Source of the DNA: Eledone cirrhosa
Taxonomy: Eukaryota
Length of the DNA stretch: 64,000 nt
NCBI GenBank assembly: GCA_964016885.1
Contig: OZ024741.1
Location: 396,800,001 to 396,864,000 of the forward strand
Reading direction: 5' to 3'
Below, piece by piece: positions 54,079-64,000 of the stretch. The notes below the pieces were generated by a model. It was not told where the DNA came from. It saw nothing but the letters and a program-made list of their open reading frames with translations, and searched no databases. Both the position numbers and the translations under genes were made by a program. The first letter of the stretch is position 1; each line of letters starts with the position of its first letter.

Positions 54079-57000
54079 AGAATTTGAACCCAGAGAACAG
54101 AGAGTCGGAACTAATACCACAAAGCTTTCTATCTAACGTTCTAACGACTCTGCCATTCTATCTGCACCCTAACCACTCTGCCATTCTGTCTGACGTTCTA
54201 ACGACAGTGCCATTCTGTCTGACGTTCTAACGACTCTGCCATTCTATCAGACGTTCTAACGACTCTGCCATTCTGTCTGACGTTCTAACGACTCTGCCAT
54301 TCTATCAGACGTTCTAACGACTCTGCCATTCTGTCTGACGTTCTAACGACTCTGCCATTCTGTCTGACGTTCTAACGACTCTGCCATTCTATCTGACGTT
54401 CTAACAACTCTGCCATTCTATCTGACGTTCTAACGACTCTGCTATTCTATCAGACGTTCTAACGACTCTGCCATTCTGTCTGACGTTCTAACGACTCTGC
54501 CATTCTATCAGACGTTCTAACGACTCTGCCATTCTGTCTGACGTTCTAACGACTCTGCCATTCTATCTGACGTTCTAATGACTCTGTCATTCTATCTGAC
54601 GTTCTAATGACTCTACCATTCTATCTGACGTTCTGACGACTCTGCCATTCTATCAGACGTTCTAACGACTCTGCCATTCTGTCTGACGTTCTAACGACTC
54701 TGCCATTCTGTCTGACGTTCTAACGACTCTGCCATTCTATCAGACGTTCTAACGACTCTACCATTCTGTCTGACGTTCTAACAACTCGGCCATTCTATCT
54801 GACGTTCTAACGACTCTGCCATTCTGTCTGACGTTCTAACCACTCCGCCATTCTGTCTGACGTTCTAACGACTCTGCCATTCTATCAGACGTTCTAACGA
54901 CTCTGCCATTCTATCCGACGTTCTAACGACTCTACCATTCTATCTGACGTTCTAACGACTCTGCCATTCTGACTGACGTTCTAACCACTCTACCATTCTG
55001 TCTGACGTTCTAACCACTCCGGCATTCTGTCTGACGTTCTAACGACTCTGCCATTCTATCAGACGTTCTAACGACTCTGCCATTCTATCAGACGTTCTAA
55101 CGACTCTGCCATTCTATCTGACGTTCTAACGACTCTGCCATTCTATCTGACGTTCTAACGACTCTGCCATTCTGTCTGACGTTCTAACCACTCCGCCATT
55201 CTGTCTGACGTTCGAACGACTTTGCCATTCTGTCTGACGTTTTAACGACTCTGCCATTCTATCTGACGTTCTAACGACTCTGCCATTCTATCAGACGTTC
55301 TAACGACCCTGCCATTCTATGTGACGTTCTAACGACTCTTCCATTCTGACTGACGTTCTAACGACTCTGCCATTCTATCAGACGTTCGAACGACTCTGCC
55401 ATTCTATCAGACGTTCGAACGACTCTGCCATTCTATCAGACGTTCGAACGACTCTGCCATTCTATCTGACGTTCTAACGACTCTGCCATTCTATCAGACG
55501 TTCTAACGACCCTGCCATTCTATGTGACGTTCTAACGACTCTGCCATTCTATCTGACGTTCTAACGACTCTGCCATTCTATCAGACGTTCTAACGACTCT
55601 GCCATTCTATCAGACGTTCGAACGACTCTGCCATTCTATCAGACGTTCGAACGACTCTGCCATTCTGTCTGACGTTCTAACGACTCTGCCATTCTATCAG
55701 ACGTTCTAACCACTCTGCCATTCTGTCTGACGTTCTAACGACTCTGCTATTCTGTCTGATGTTCTAACGACTCTACCATTCTATCCGACGTTCTAACGAC
55801 TCTGCCATTCTATCCGACGTTCTAACCACTCTGCCATTCTAGCTGACGTTCTAACGACTCTGCCATTCTATCTGACGTTCTAACGACTCTGCCATTCTGT
55901 CTGACGTTCTAACGACTCTGCCATTCTATCTGACGTTCTATCGACTCTGCCATTCTATCTGACGTTCTAACGACTCTGCCATTCTATCAGACGTTCTAAC
56001 GACCCTGCCATTCTATGTGACGTTCTAACGACTCTGCCATTCTGTCTGACGTTCTAACAACTTTGCCATTCTCTCATACGTTCGAACGACTCTGCCATTC
56101 TATCTGACGTTCTAACGACTCTGCCATTCTGTCAGACGTTCTAACGACTCTGCCATTCTATTAGACGTTCTAACGACTCTGCCATTCTCTCTGACGTTCT
56201 AATGACTGTCAATTCTGTCTGACGTTCTAACGACTCTGCCATTCTGTCTGACGTTCTAACGACTCTGCCATTCTATCTGACGTTCTGACGACTCTGCTAT
56301 TCTATCAGACGTTCTAACGACTCTGCCATTCTGTCTGACGTTCTAACGACTCTGCTATTCTATCAGACGTTCTAACGACTCTGCCATTCTGTCTGACGTT
56401 CTAACGACTCTGCCATTCTATCAGACGTTCTAACGACTCTGCCATTCTGTCTGACGTTCTAACGACTCTGCCATTCTATCTGACGTTCTAATGACTCTAC
56501 CATTCTATCTGACGTTCTGACGACTCTGCCATTCTATCAGACGTTCTAACGACTCTGCCATTCTGTCTGACGTTCTAACGACTCTACCATTCTGTCTGAC
56601 GTTCTAACGACTCTGCCATTCTATCAGACGTTCTAACGACTCTACCATTCTGTCTGACGTTCTAACAACTCGGCCATTCTGTCTGACGTTCTAACGACTC
56701 TGCCATTCTGTCTGACGTTCTAACCACTCCGCCATTCTGTCTGACGTTCTAACGACTCTGCCATTCTATCAGACGTTCTAACGACTATGCCATTCTATCC
56801 GACGTTCTAACGACTCTACCATTCTATCTGACGTTCTAACGACTCTGCCATTCTGACTGACGTTCTAACCACTCTACCATTCTGTCTGACGTTCTAACTA
56901 CTCCGCCATTCTGTCTGACGTTCTAACGACTCTGCCATTTTATCAGACGTTCTAACGACTCTGCCATTCTATCCGACGTTCTAACGACTCTGCCATTCTA

Positions 57001-58855
57001 TCTGACGTTCTAACGACTCTGCCATTCTGTCTGACGTCCTAACCACTCCGCCATTCTGTCTGACGTTCGAACGATTCTGCCATTCTGTCTGACGTTTTAA
57101 CGACTCTGCCATTCTATCTGAGGTTCTAACGACTCTGCCATTCTATCAGACGTTCTAACGACTCTGCCATTCTATCAGACGTTCTAACGACTCTGCCATT
57201 CTGTCTGACGTTCTAACCACCCTGCCATTCTATGTGACGTTCTAACGACTCTTCCATTCTGACTGACGTTCGAACGACTCTGCCATTCTATCAGACGTTC
57301 GAACGACTCTGCCATTCTATCAGACGTTCGAACGACTCTGCCATTCTATCAGACGTTCGAACGACTCTGCCATTCTATCAGACGTTCGAACGACTCTGCC
57401 ATTCTATCAGACGTTCGAACGACTCTGCCATTCTATCTGACGTTCTAACGACTCTACCATTCTATCAGACGTTCTAACGACCCTGCCATTCTATGTGACG
57501 TTCTAACGACTCTGCCATTCTATCTGACGTTCTAACGACTCTGCCATTCTATCAGACGTTCTAACGACTCTGCCATTCTATCAGACGTTCGAACGACTCT
57601 GCCATTCTATCAGACGTTCTAACCACTCTGCCATTCTGTCTGACGTTCTAACGACTCTGCTATTCTGTCTGACGTTCTAACGACTCTGCTATTCTGTCTG
57701 ACGTTCTAACGACTCTACCATTCTATCCGACGTTCTAACGACTCTGCCATTCTATCCGACGTTCTAACCACTCTGCCATTCTAGCTGACGTTCTAACGAC
57801 TCTGCCATTCTATCTGACGTTCTAACGACTCTGCCATTCTGTCTGACGTTCTAACCACTCTGCCATTCTAGCTGACGTTCTAACGACTCTGCCATTCTAT
57901 CAGACGTTCTAACCACTCTGCCATTCTGTCTGACGTTCTAACGACTCTGCTATTCTGTCTGACGTTCTAACGACTCTACCATTCTATCCGACGTTCTAAC
58001 GACTCTGCCATTCTATCCGACGTTCTAACCACTCTGCCATTCTAGCTGACGTTCTAACGACTCTGCCATTCTATCTGACGTTCTAACGACTCTGCCATTC
58101 TGTCTGACGTTCTAACGACTCTGCCATTCTATCTGACGTTCTATCGACTCTGCCATTCTATCTGACGTTCTAACGACTCTGCCATTCTATCAGACGTTCT
58201 AACGACCCTGCCATTCTATGTGACGTTCTAACGACTCTGCCATTCTGTCTGACGTTCTAACAACTTTGCCATTCTATCATACGTTCTAACGACTCTGCCA
58301 TTCTATCTGACGTTCTATCGACTCTGCCATTCTGTCAGACGTTCTAACGACTCTGCCATTCTGTCTGACGGTCTAACGACTCTGCCATTCTATCTGACGT
58401 TCTAACGACTCTGCCATTCTGTCTGACGTTCTAACGACTCTACTATTCTATCTGACGTTCTAACCACTCTACCATTCTATCTGACGTTCTAACGTCTCTG
58501 CCATTCTGTCTGACGTTCTAACGACTGTCAATTCTGTCAGAGGTTCTAACGACTCTGCCATTCTGTCAGACGTTCTAACGACTCTGCCATTCTATCTGAC
58601 GTTCTAACGACTCTGCCATTCTGTCAGACGTTCTAACGACTCTGCCATTCTATCTGACGTTCTAACGACTCTGCCAATCTGTCTGATGTTCTAACGACTG
58701 TCAATTCTGTCAGAATTTCTAACGACTCTGCCAATCTGTCTGACGCTCTAACGACTGTCAATTCTGTTTGACGTTCTAACGACTGTCAATTCTGTCCGAC
58801 GTTCTAACGACTGTCAATTCTGTCAGCCGTTCTAACGACTGTCAATTCACTACCT
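54079..58855 (-). mobile_element. SINE head split by an internal satellite expansion
   Basis: B-box (GGGTTCAAATTC on minus) at about 54080-54092 and 5' end GGTAGTGAATTGACAGTCGTTAGAAC at about 58830-58855. Matches the intact head at 60421. Confidence 0.75.
54129..58848. repeat. 29-bp satellite, consensus GACGTTCTAACGACTCTGCCATTCTRTCW, about 160 units
   Basis: Period 29 read directly (GACGTT at 54192 and 54221). Confidence 0.99.
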
Positions 58856-59299
58856 TCAGGGATTTTATAATAAGCTTAGCATATCGAGATTTACATTGTG
58901 TGATGTCAAATTCTACCTTTCCATAGTCTTAACTATATTCAATTGCACTTAACAATGTACAGAATTTGAAGAGTGATTAAGGCGTCTTATTAAATTCTTT
59001 AGTATTTACTATGCTCGGAGTTCAAATCCTACCGACGCTTTCCAGTCTTTTTAGGGTCGATAGAGTAAACTACCAACCCAATGGTTGATACTAACTAGCT
59101 TTGGAAAGAACAATGGAAATATTATTTCCTTGAACACATTTGACAATCGGTTCCCTTCTTTTACTTTCTAATGAAGTAGAGGTAGAAGTAGAGACTCCCT
59201 TTGATTATGAATGACCATGGGATTTGCACCGAGAAAGTTACCTTCCGAGGCACAAAATCTGGTCAAAGATTTTGTGGAAAACCAACAGTCACCCTGCAT

Positions 59300-59497
59300 A
59301 CCAGTCTCCCCTCTCTATGCCACCAAAGTTGTCCTAGGGAAATACAATGGCCGATACAACTTGGCACCAGTGATGTTACAACTCATTTCTACAGCTGAGT
59401 GAAATAAAGTGTCTTGCTCAAGGACGCAACACATCGCCTGGTCCGGTAATCGAACTCGCAGGTTCATGATTGTAAGCCCAGTGCTCTAATCACTAAT
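59300..59497 (-). mobile_element. tRNA-derived SINE with CORE-like domain
   Basis: Minus strand: TAGTGATTAGAGCACTGG...GAGTTCGATTACC (B box)...GTCCTTGAGCAAGACACTTTATTTCAC (CORE-like). Left boundary approximate. Confidence 0.65.
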
Positions 59498-59546
59498 CAA
59501 TTAATCAATGCATTTTCACATTGTAAGGAAGTAACATAAAACCTAC

Positions 59547-59714
59547 CAGAGGGGTCGTTATTATAGTTTCCACACAATCCTTGAAGGAGGGTACAATTCC
59601 TGTGGGTTTCGGTCAAGGTCAAATAAACAGACGCCGCACATCCTATCTTCATTCTTATTCCTAAAGGTTGGTTGTCAATTCGAATCATTCCATTTTTCTG
59701 CGTCATGGTCACAC
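59547..59714 (-). CDS. Exon of the VWD-C8-TIL gene: C-terminal half of VWD
   Basis: aaacag|GT GTG ACC...CCC TCT G|gtaggt; 168 nt, phase 1 to 1; VTMTQKNGMIRIDNQPLGIRMKIGCAASVYLTLTETHRNCTLLQGLCGNYNNDPS (GLCGNYN motif). Confidence 0.92.
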
Positions 59715-59747
59715 CTGTTTCGAAGACAATATTGTACATTTATTAAA

Positions 59748-59865
<118 letters not shown>

Positions 59866-60084
59866 AACCAGGATAAAATAGTAAGACAGCTATTTCTACT
59901 TTAGGTTCAAGTTCAGCAAATGTTTGTGAGAGGCGGAGTTGATTAAATCAACCCCAGTACTTAACTTTATCGACCCCCAGAAGGTGGAAAAAGAGTTTTG
60001 ATCTCAACAGGATTTGAACCCAGATATATACCACTATGCTCTATCAATTCTGCCAACCCACCATTCTTATATATTTATAGCATA

Positions 60085-60415
60085 CTAGACCACCCGTGAC
60101 CCGTTGGGTCACGTTGAATTAAAAGTATCTTTTTAAAATCATGTTCACTTTAAAATAATTTTTGAATAATTAAAATATACACAGACATCTCTCTTTGAAC
60201 CTACTCTCTCACAACCACTATCTCTTTCTCTCTATCTTTCTCTCTCTCTCTATTTAAGAAGGTATCCGGATAAACCCGTATCTCGGGAACCCGTGCTCCG
60301 ATTTAAGCGAAATTTGTTTTATTCCATTTGTATTCCCATTTCAGGGGCAACTTCCTTTCAAAGTATTATCCGATTATGCGCCGATTATGCGCCGTTTCAA
60401 AGTATTTTCCGATTA
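60085..60415 (-). mobile_element. Helitron-like 3' end
   Basis: CTAG at 60085-88 next to hairpin CGTGACCC-gtt-GGGTCACG. Extent approximate. Confidence 0.45.
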
Positions 60416-60420
60416 TGAGC

Positions 60421-60602
60421 AGTGAATTAACAGAGTCGTTAGAACGTCGGATACAATGGTTTGTGGTATTCGTTTCGGCTCTCTATTCTGTGTTCAAATC
60501 CCGTAGAGGTCAATTTTGCCTTTCATCCTTTCGAGGGTCGATAAAATAAGTACCATTCAAGTACTGGGGTTGATAAAAAGTACCATTCAAGTACTGGGGT
60601 CA
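60421..60602 (+). mobile_element. Older SINE copy with duplicated 3' block
   Basis: AGTGAATTAACAGAGTCGTTAGAACGTCGG head, GTTCAAATCC, GCCTTTCATCCTTTCGAGGGTCGATAAAATAAGTACC. AAGTACCATTCAAGTACTGGGGT occurs twice. Confidence 0.8.
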
Positions 60603-60747
60603 CATCCATTATCTCATTATCTATATCCTTCTCTGAAAGAAATCTGCTGAACGCAGGCCTTGAGAAGAGGTGGGCTCCATCGGATTTTAAAATGCGCTAG
60701 CTATACCATATGTCAATATGGCACTCCTACAATACCCACGTATATAA

Positions 60748-60903
60748 CAGTGAATTGGCAGAGTGATTAGGGCGTCAGATTAAAAATACATTAATATTTG
60801 TTCCAGGTTCACAATACTGAGTTCAAATCCCACAGAGGTCAACTTTGCCTTTCATCCTTTCGAGGGTCGATAAATAAAATTCCACTCAAGTTCTGAGGTG
60901 GAT
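60748..60903 (+). mobile_element. Older SINE copy
   Basis: GTGAATTGGCAGAGTG...GAGTTCAAATCC...GCCTTTCATCCTTTCGAGGGTCGATAAA. Confidence 0.8.
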
Positions 60904-61179
60904 TTTTTTATCTCTTACACATTCTCTCTCTGGGGGAAATCAGAGAGGGACGGGTTTGCCAAGTTTAAAATGCCCAAGACTATATATGTATGTATATATA
61001 TATGTATATAAGCCGCCAAATACGGTATATCACATTATACACACCATATGAAAAATATTTTATTTAGGAAATCATATTTCAAATAACAACAACACTACAG
61101 ATATTTTTACAAGGAAAATGAAGTGAAGGGAAAGGGCTCTAGGGCACAGGAGAATGAGAGGGGGAAGGGTGGCTGATGG

Positions 61180-61825
61180 GCTCTGGGCTTAGGGCGCAGT
61201 GGCAGTGGGGATGCACCCTCCAGACAAGGCCGCAAAAGCATTTCCGCGGACAATGGCCGGCGACACCCACTGCAACAATCACCCCACCTCGTGGTACTCC
61301 TTCCTCAGGCGGGCTGCTGCTGACGTTCCCATCTTGTGGAGAAACTCAGCAGTACAGGGTCCAAAGATGTCTCATGTCTCAACCGCGACGGTGCGAAGAG
61401 GAAGCAGCCGGACAATCCCCGGTATTTGTCTTCCTTTCTTCTGCTTTCCGACCACAGTACCAGGTTTGTGGCATTCCGGCCACAGTACCGGGGTTGTCGC
61501 ATTCCGGCCACAGTACCGGGGTTGTGGAGTCTTAGATAAGGAATCTACCTCCTTCGAATTAGAAAAGGGTAATTCTGTCGGGGCGCTTGCTGTCTCCGCG
61601 GTCAAGGCCTGGTGGTCCAGTTGTGATGGGAAGCCAGCTGCGTCCAGGCTCCTTCTTAATATGTCGTTGAGAGAAGCATATCGAGGGAAACGGCCTGAAC
61701 TCTGGTGTCAAGACAGTGGCAGTAGGCCGAACTTGTCAACGATCGCCCCGCCACGGCATTTATGTAACTCACACACACGGAGGCCGTGGTGTTGAGCTAC
61801 TGTGATGGGGCTGAACTCGTCATCA
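61180..61825 (-). mobile_element. Degenerate 3' fragment of a CRE-clade non-LTR retrotransposon
   Basis: Minus strand across frameshifts: HKCRGGAIVDKFGLLPLS..SSGRFPRYASLNDILRRSLDAAGFPSQL...DRGDSKRPD...AESRRKEDKYRGLSGCFLFAP..VET...EPRGGVIVAVGV/AIVRGNAFA. Contains a ~29-bp triplication at about 61449-61530. Confidence 0.82.
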
Positions 61826-61959
61826 AGAAATATATATATATACATATTGTATTTTAAAGAGCCCAGGATTTCTTCTCATTTGAGCACATTATTTACAGGG
61901 AATGGCGAGGCTCTATGGCTCCGTTAATTTATCGTGATATTTCGCTCCTTATAGCAGTC

Positions 61960-62420
61960 TTTTTGGGAGTGCCTATTTTAATCTATACTTGACCAATTGA
62001 ACAATGGACAGGGCTGGTCGTTTGGTGTAGTAGTATTAATTATAAAGTGTCAATTAAGGAAGAGGTAGATTTTCACTGCTACTGAATAACAACAATGCTG
62101 GTAGCCTGCTGGTATATGCATTAGGGAATTAAATTAAGAAATCTCATTTTATCTATAGCAGTTTATATTAAATAGTAAAGAATAGAAGAGTTGATAGAAT
62201 TAAGACCAATAGAGAATGTTAATATGTATTTTGACAATCAAACGGAGATGGAGACAGGCGTTCAATCCTGGTAGTGTTTGTAATATGAAAATGTAGATTT
62301 TAAGCGATGGTTACAGTATAACGATCGCTCTATTGTAACCATCGCTTAATATCTAGTGTAACCAGCCCTGTCCATTGTTCAATTGGTCAAGTATAGATTA
62401 AAATAAGCACTCCCAAAAAT
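61960..62420. repeat. Inverted repeat with ~58-bp arms (61960-62018 and 62361-62419) enclosing a smaller hairpin at 62301-62349
   Basis: TTTTTGGGAGTGC..ATCTATACTTGACCAATTGAACAATGGACAGGGCTGGT versus its reverse complement. TAAGCGATGGTTACA pairs with TGTAACCATCGCTTA. Confidence 0.85.
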
Positions 62421-62593
62421 TCTTATTTAGATAAAATAAACCATATACTCATTGTATTCTCATTAGAAACCCTTTATATACTTGTTTACCAGTAAATTGA
62501 ATTGCCATCTGTCATATACTATCCCCTCTCTTCTTCCTTTATTACAACTAATATAAATACTTCAATTTTTCTGATTTTTTCCAATTTATCCAA

Positions 62594-62712
62594 TATCTCT
62601 GAAGAAGTGACAACTGATTATACATTTGCTATCGAATACTTGCTAACATTATATGATTACGCAAGCAGCGATACATAGGTATTCCGTCTGTTACAGAAAC
62701 ATATGTCAATAC
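62594..62712 (+). ncRNA. Candidate hammerhead ribozyme with long stem II and palindromic stem III
   Basis: CTGAAGA (62599-605); GTGACA...TGTTAC with nested TATCG/CGATA and CTTGC/GCAAG; GAAA (62696-99); CATATG; TC. Stem I is weak and there is an A-A mismatch at the base of stem II. Confidence 0.55.
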
Positions 62713-62886
62713 CTAATAAATTCCTTTTTAAAAAAAAGCACTTTCATTTTATATTCATCTTTTCTACATTTTCTCCGGAATATAATTTATACTCGTTGAG
62801 CAAACCTACACGTACGCTGTTCATCTCTAACGTGACGATATATTATCACTACATTATTGATAACCTGAAATTTTTATAAATATATG

Positions 62887-62942
<56 letters not shown>

Positions 62943-63208
62943 AATATATAAATATATATATATATAAATATATTATAAAGAATTAATATCTAGTAACATA
63001 TATATACATACAGATGCATATCAATGCTAGCAAATATACAGGTTTTGTCTTAGTAACATTGTGGTTCAATGCATGACGACGGAATGTTTCTCTATATCTT
63101 CTTCGGAAAATATATTTACTCCATTCCAGAAACTAATTAGTTGGAAGTGATATTTTAGTAAGTAAGTTAATTTTATAATTTTCTTATTTTACGTCTCTCA
63201 TATATATA

Positions 63209-63320
<112 letters not shown>

Positions 63321-63355
63321 AATATATATAAATATATATATATATATAAATATAT

Positions 63356-63920
63356 ATAGAGAAAATTGAGGTTGGTAATGGAACATGGAATATATAAGAG
63401 ACAGAATACTTTTTTGTGAAAAAACATATAATTTTATAAGGTAAGGAAAGAATAAAGGGTATAAAAAATGACCGGTTTCGATGGGTCTGCAAAAGCCATC
63501 TTTTCAAATGTTGATTAATATTAAGAAAAATTAATAATAAGAAGAGTTAAAATTTGAGATTTGAAAATTCAAGTATAAAATTCAGTGTGGGATTTCATAG
63601 TAGTTTTCATCTTGGTAGCATTCACTACCAGAAAGGGACACACAGCAGTCAACTTGCTGCTACCAAGTTGAAAACTACTATGAAATCCCACACTGAATTT
63701 TATACTTGAATTTTCAAATCTCAAATTTTAACTCTTCTTATTATTAATTTTTCTTAATATTAATCAATATTTGAAAAGATGGCTTTTGCAGACCCATCGA
63801 AACCGGTCATTTTTTATACCCTTTATTCTTTCCTTACCTTATAAAATTATGTTTTTTCACAAAAAAGTATTCTGTCTCTTATATATTCCATGTTCCATTA
63901 CCAACCTCAATTTTCTCTAT
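63356..63920. repeat. Long palindrome: ~265-bp arms (63356-63620 and 63658-63920), 37-bp spacer
   Basis: Arms are near-perfect reverse complements, with (TA)n-rich tracts on both sides. Confidence 0.95.
63766..63813 (+). ncRNA. Degenerate minimal hammerhead (mirror copy at 63465-63512 on minus)
   Basis: TTGAAAA (consensus CTGANGA, two core changes), GATGG/CCATC stem II, GAAA, CCGG, TC. Palindromic stem III of the Penelope minimal-hammerhead type. Confidence 0.55.
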
Positions 63921-63961
63921 AACCTTCGTTTTGTGTAGAAACTTACACTTTTCATAAATAT

Positions 63962-63992
<31 letters not shown>

Positions 63993-64000
63993 AATATATA

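Noticed and set aside
62816-62864. Possible upstream 49-nt exon (atttcag|VINNVVIIYRHVRDEQ|gtacgt), phase-compatible with the 59714 exon
   Set aside because: Splice sites and phase fit, but there is no diagnostic VWD motif. Too short to call.

Overview
Eukaryotic (animal) genomic DNA. The dominant tRNA-derived SINE family suggests an octopod cephalopod; this is inferred from recalled family resemblance, not from a database search. Bases 1-38779 are a 26-bp AT-rich satellite with higher-order structure and two copies of one SINE insertion. The remaining 25 kb holds five frame-compatible minus-strand exons, mostly missed by the ORF track, of a gel-forming mucin / vWF / SCO-spondin / hemocytin-type gene (VWD-C8-TIL-VWC start). 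Its introns are full of mobile elements: CRE-clade, CR1 and RTE LINE fragments, a Penelope GIY-YIG fragment, SINEs and Helitron-like ends. Highlights: (i) long near-perfect palindromes carrying a type I hammerhead ribozyme in each arm, one copy sense to the host pre-mRNA, plus a third hammerhead candidate with a long stem II; (ii) a 4.7-kb 29-bp satellite that expanded from the A-box of one SINE copy; (iii) a mucin-like PTS-looking ORF cluster that is really the antisense of a minisatellite grown inside a CRE retrotransposon; (iv) an orphan, inverted, truncated VWD exon inside an intron of the VWD gene.
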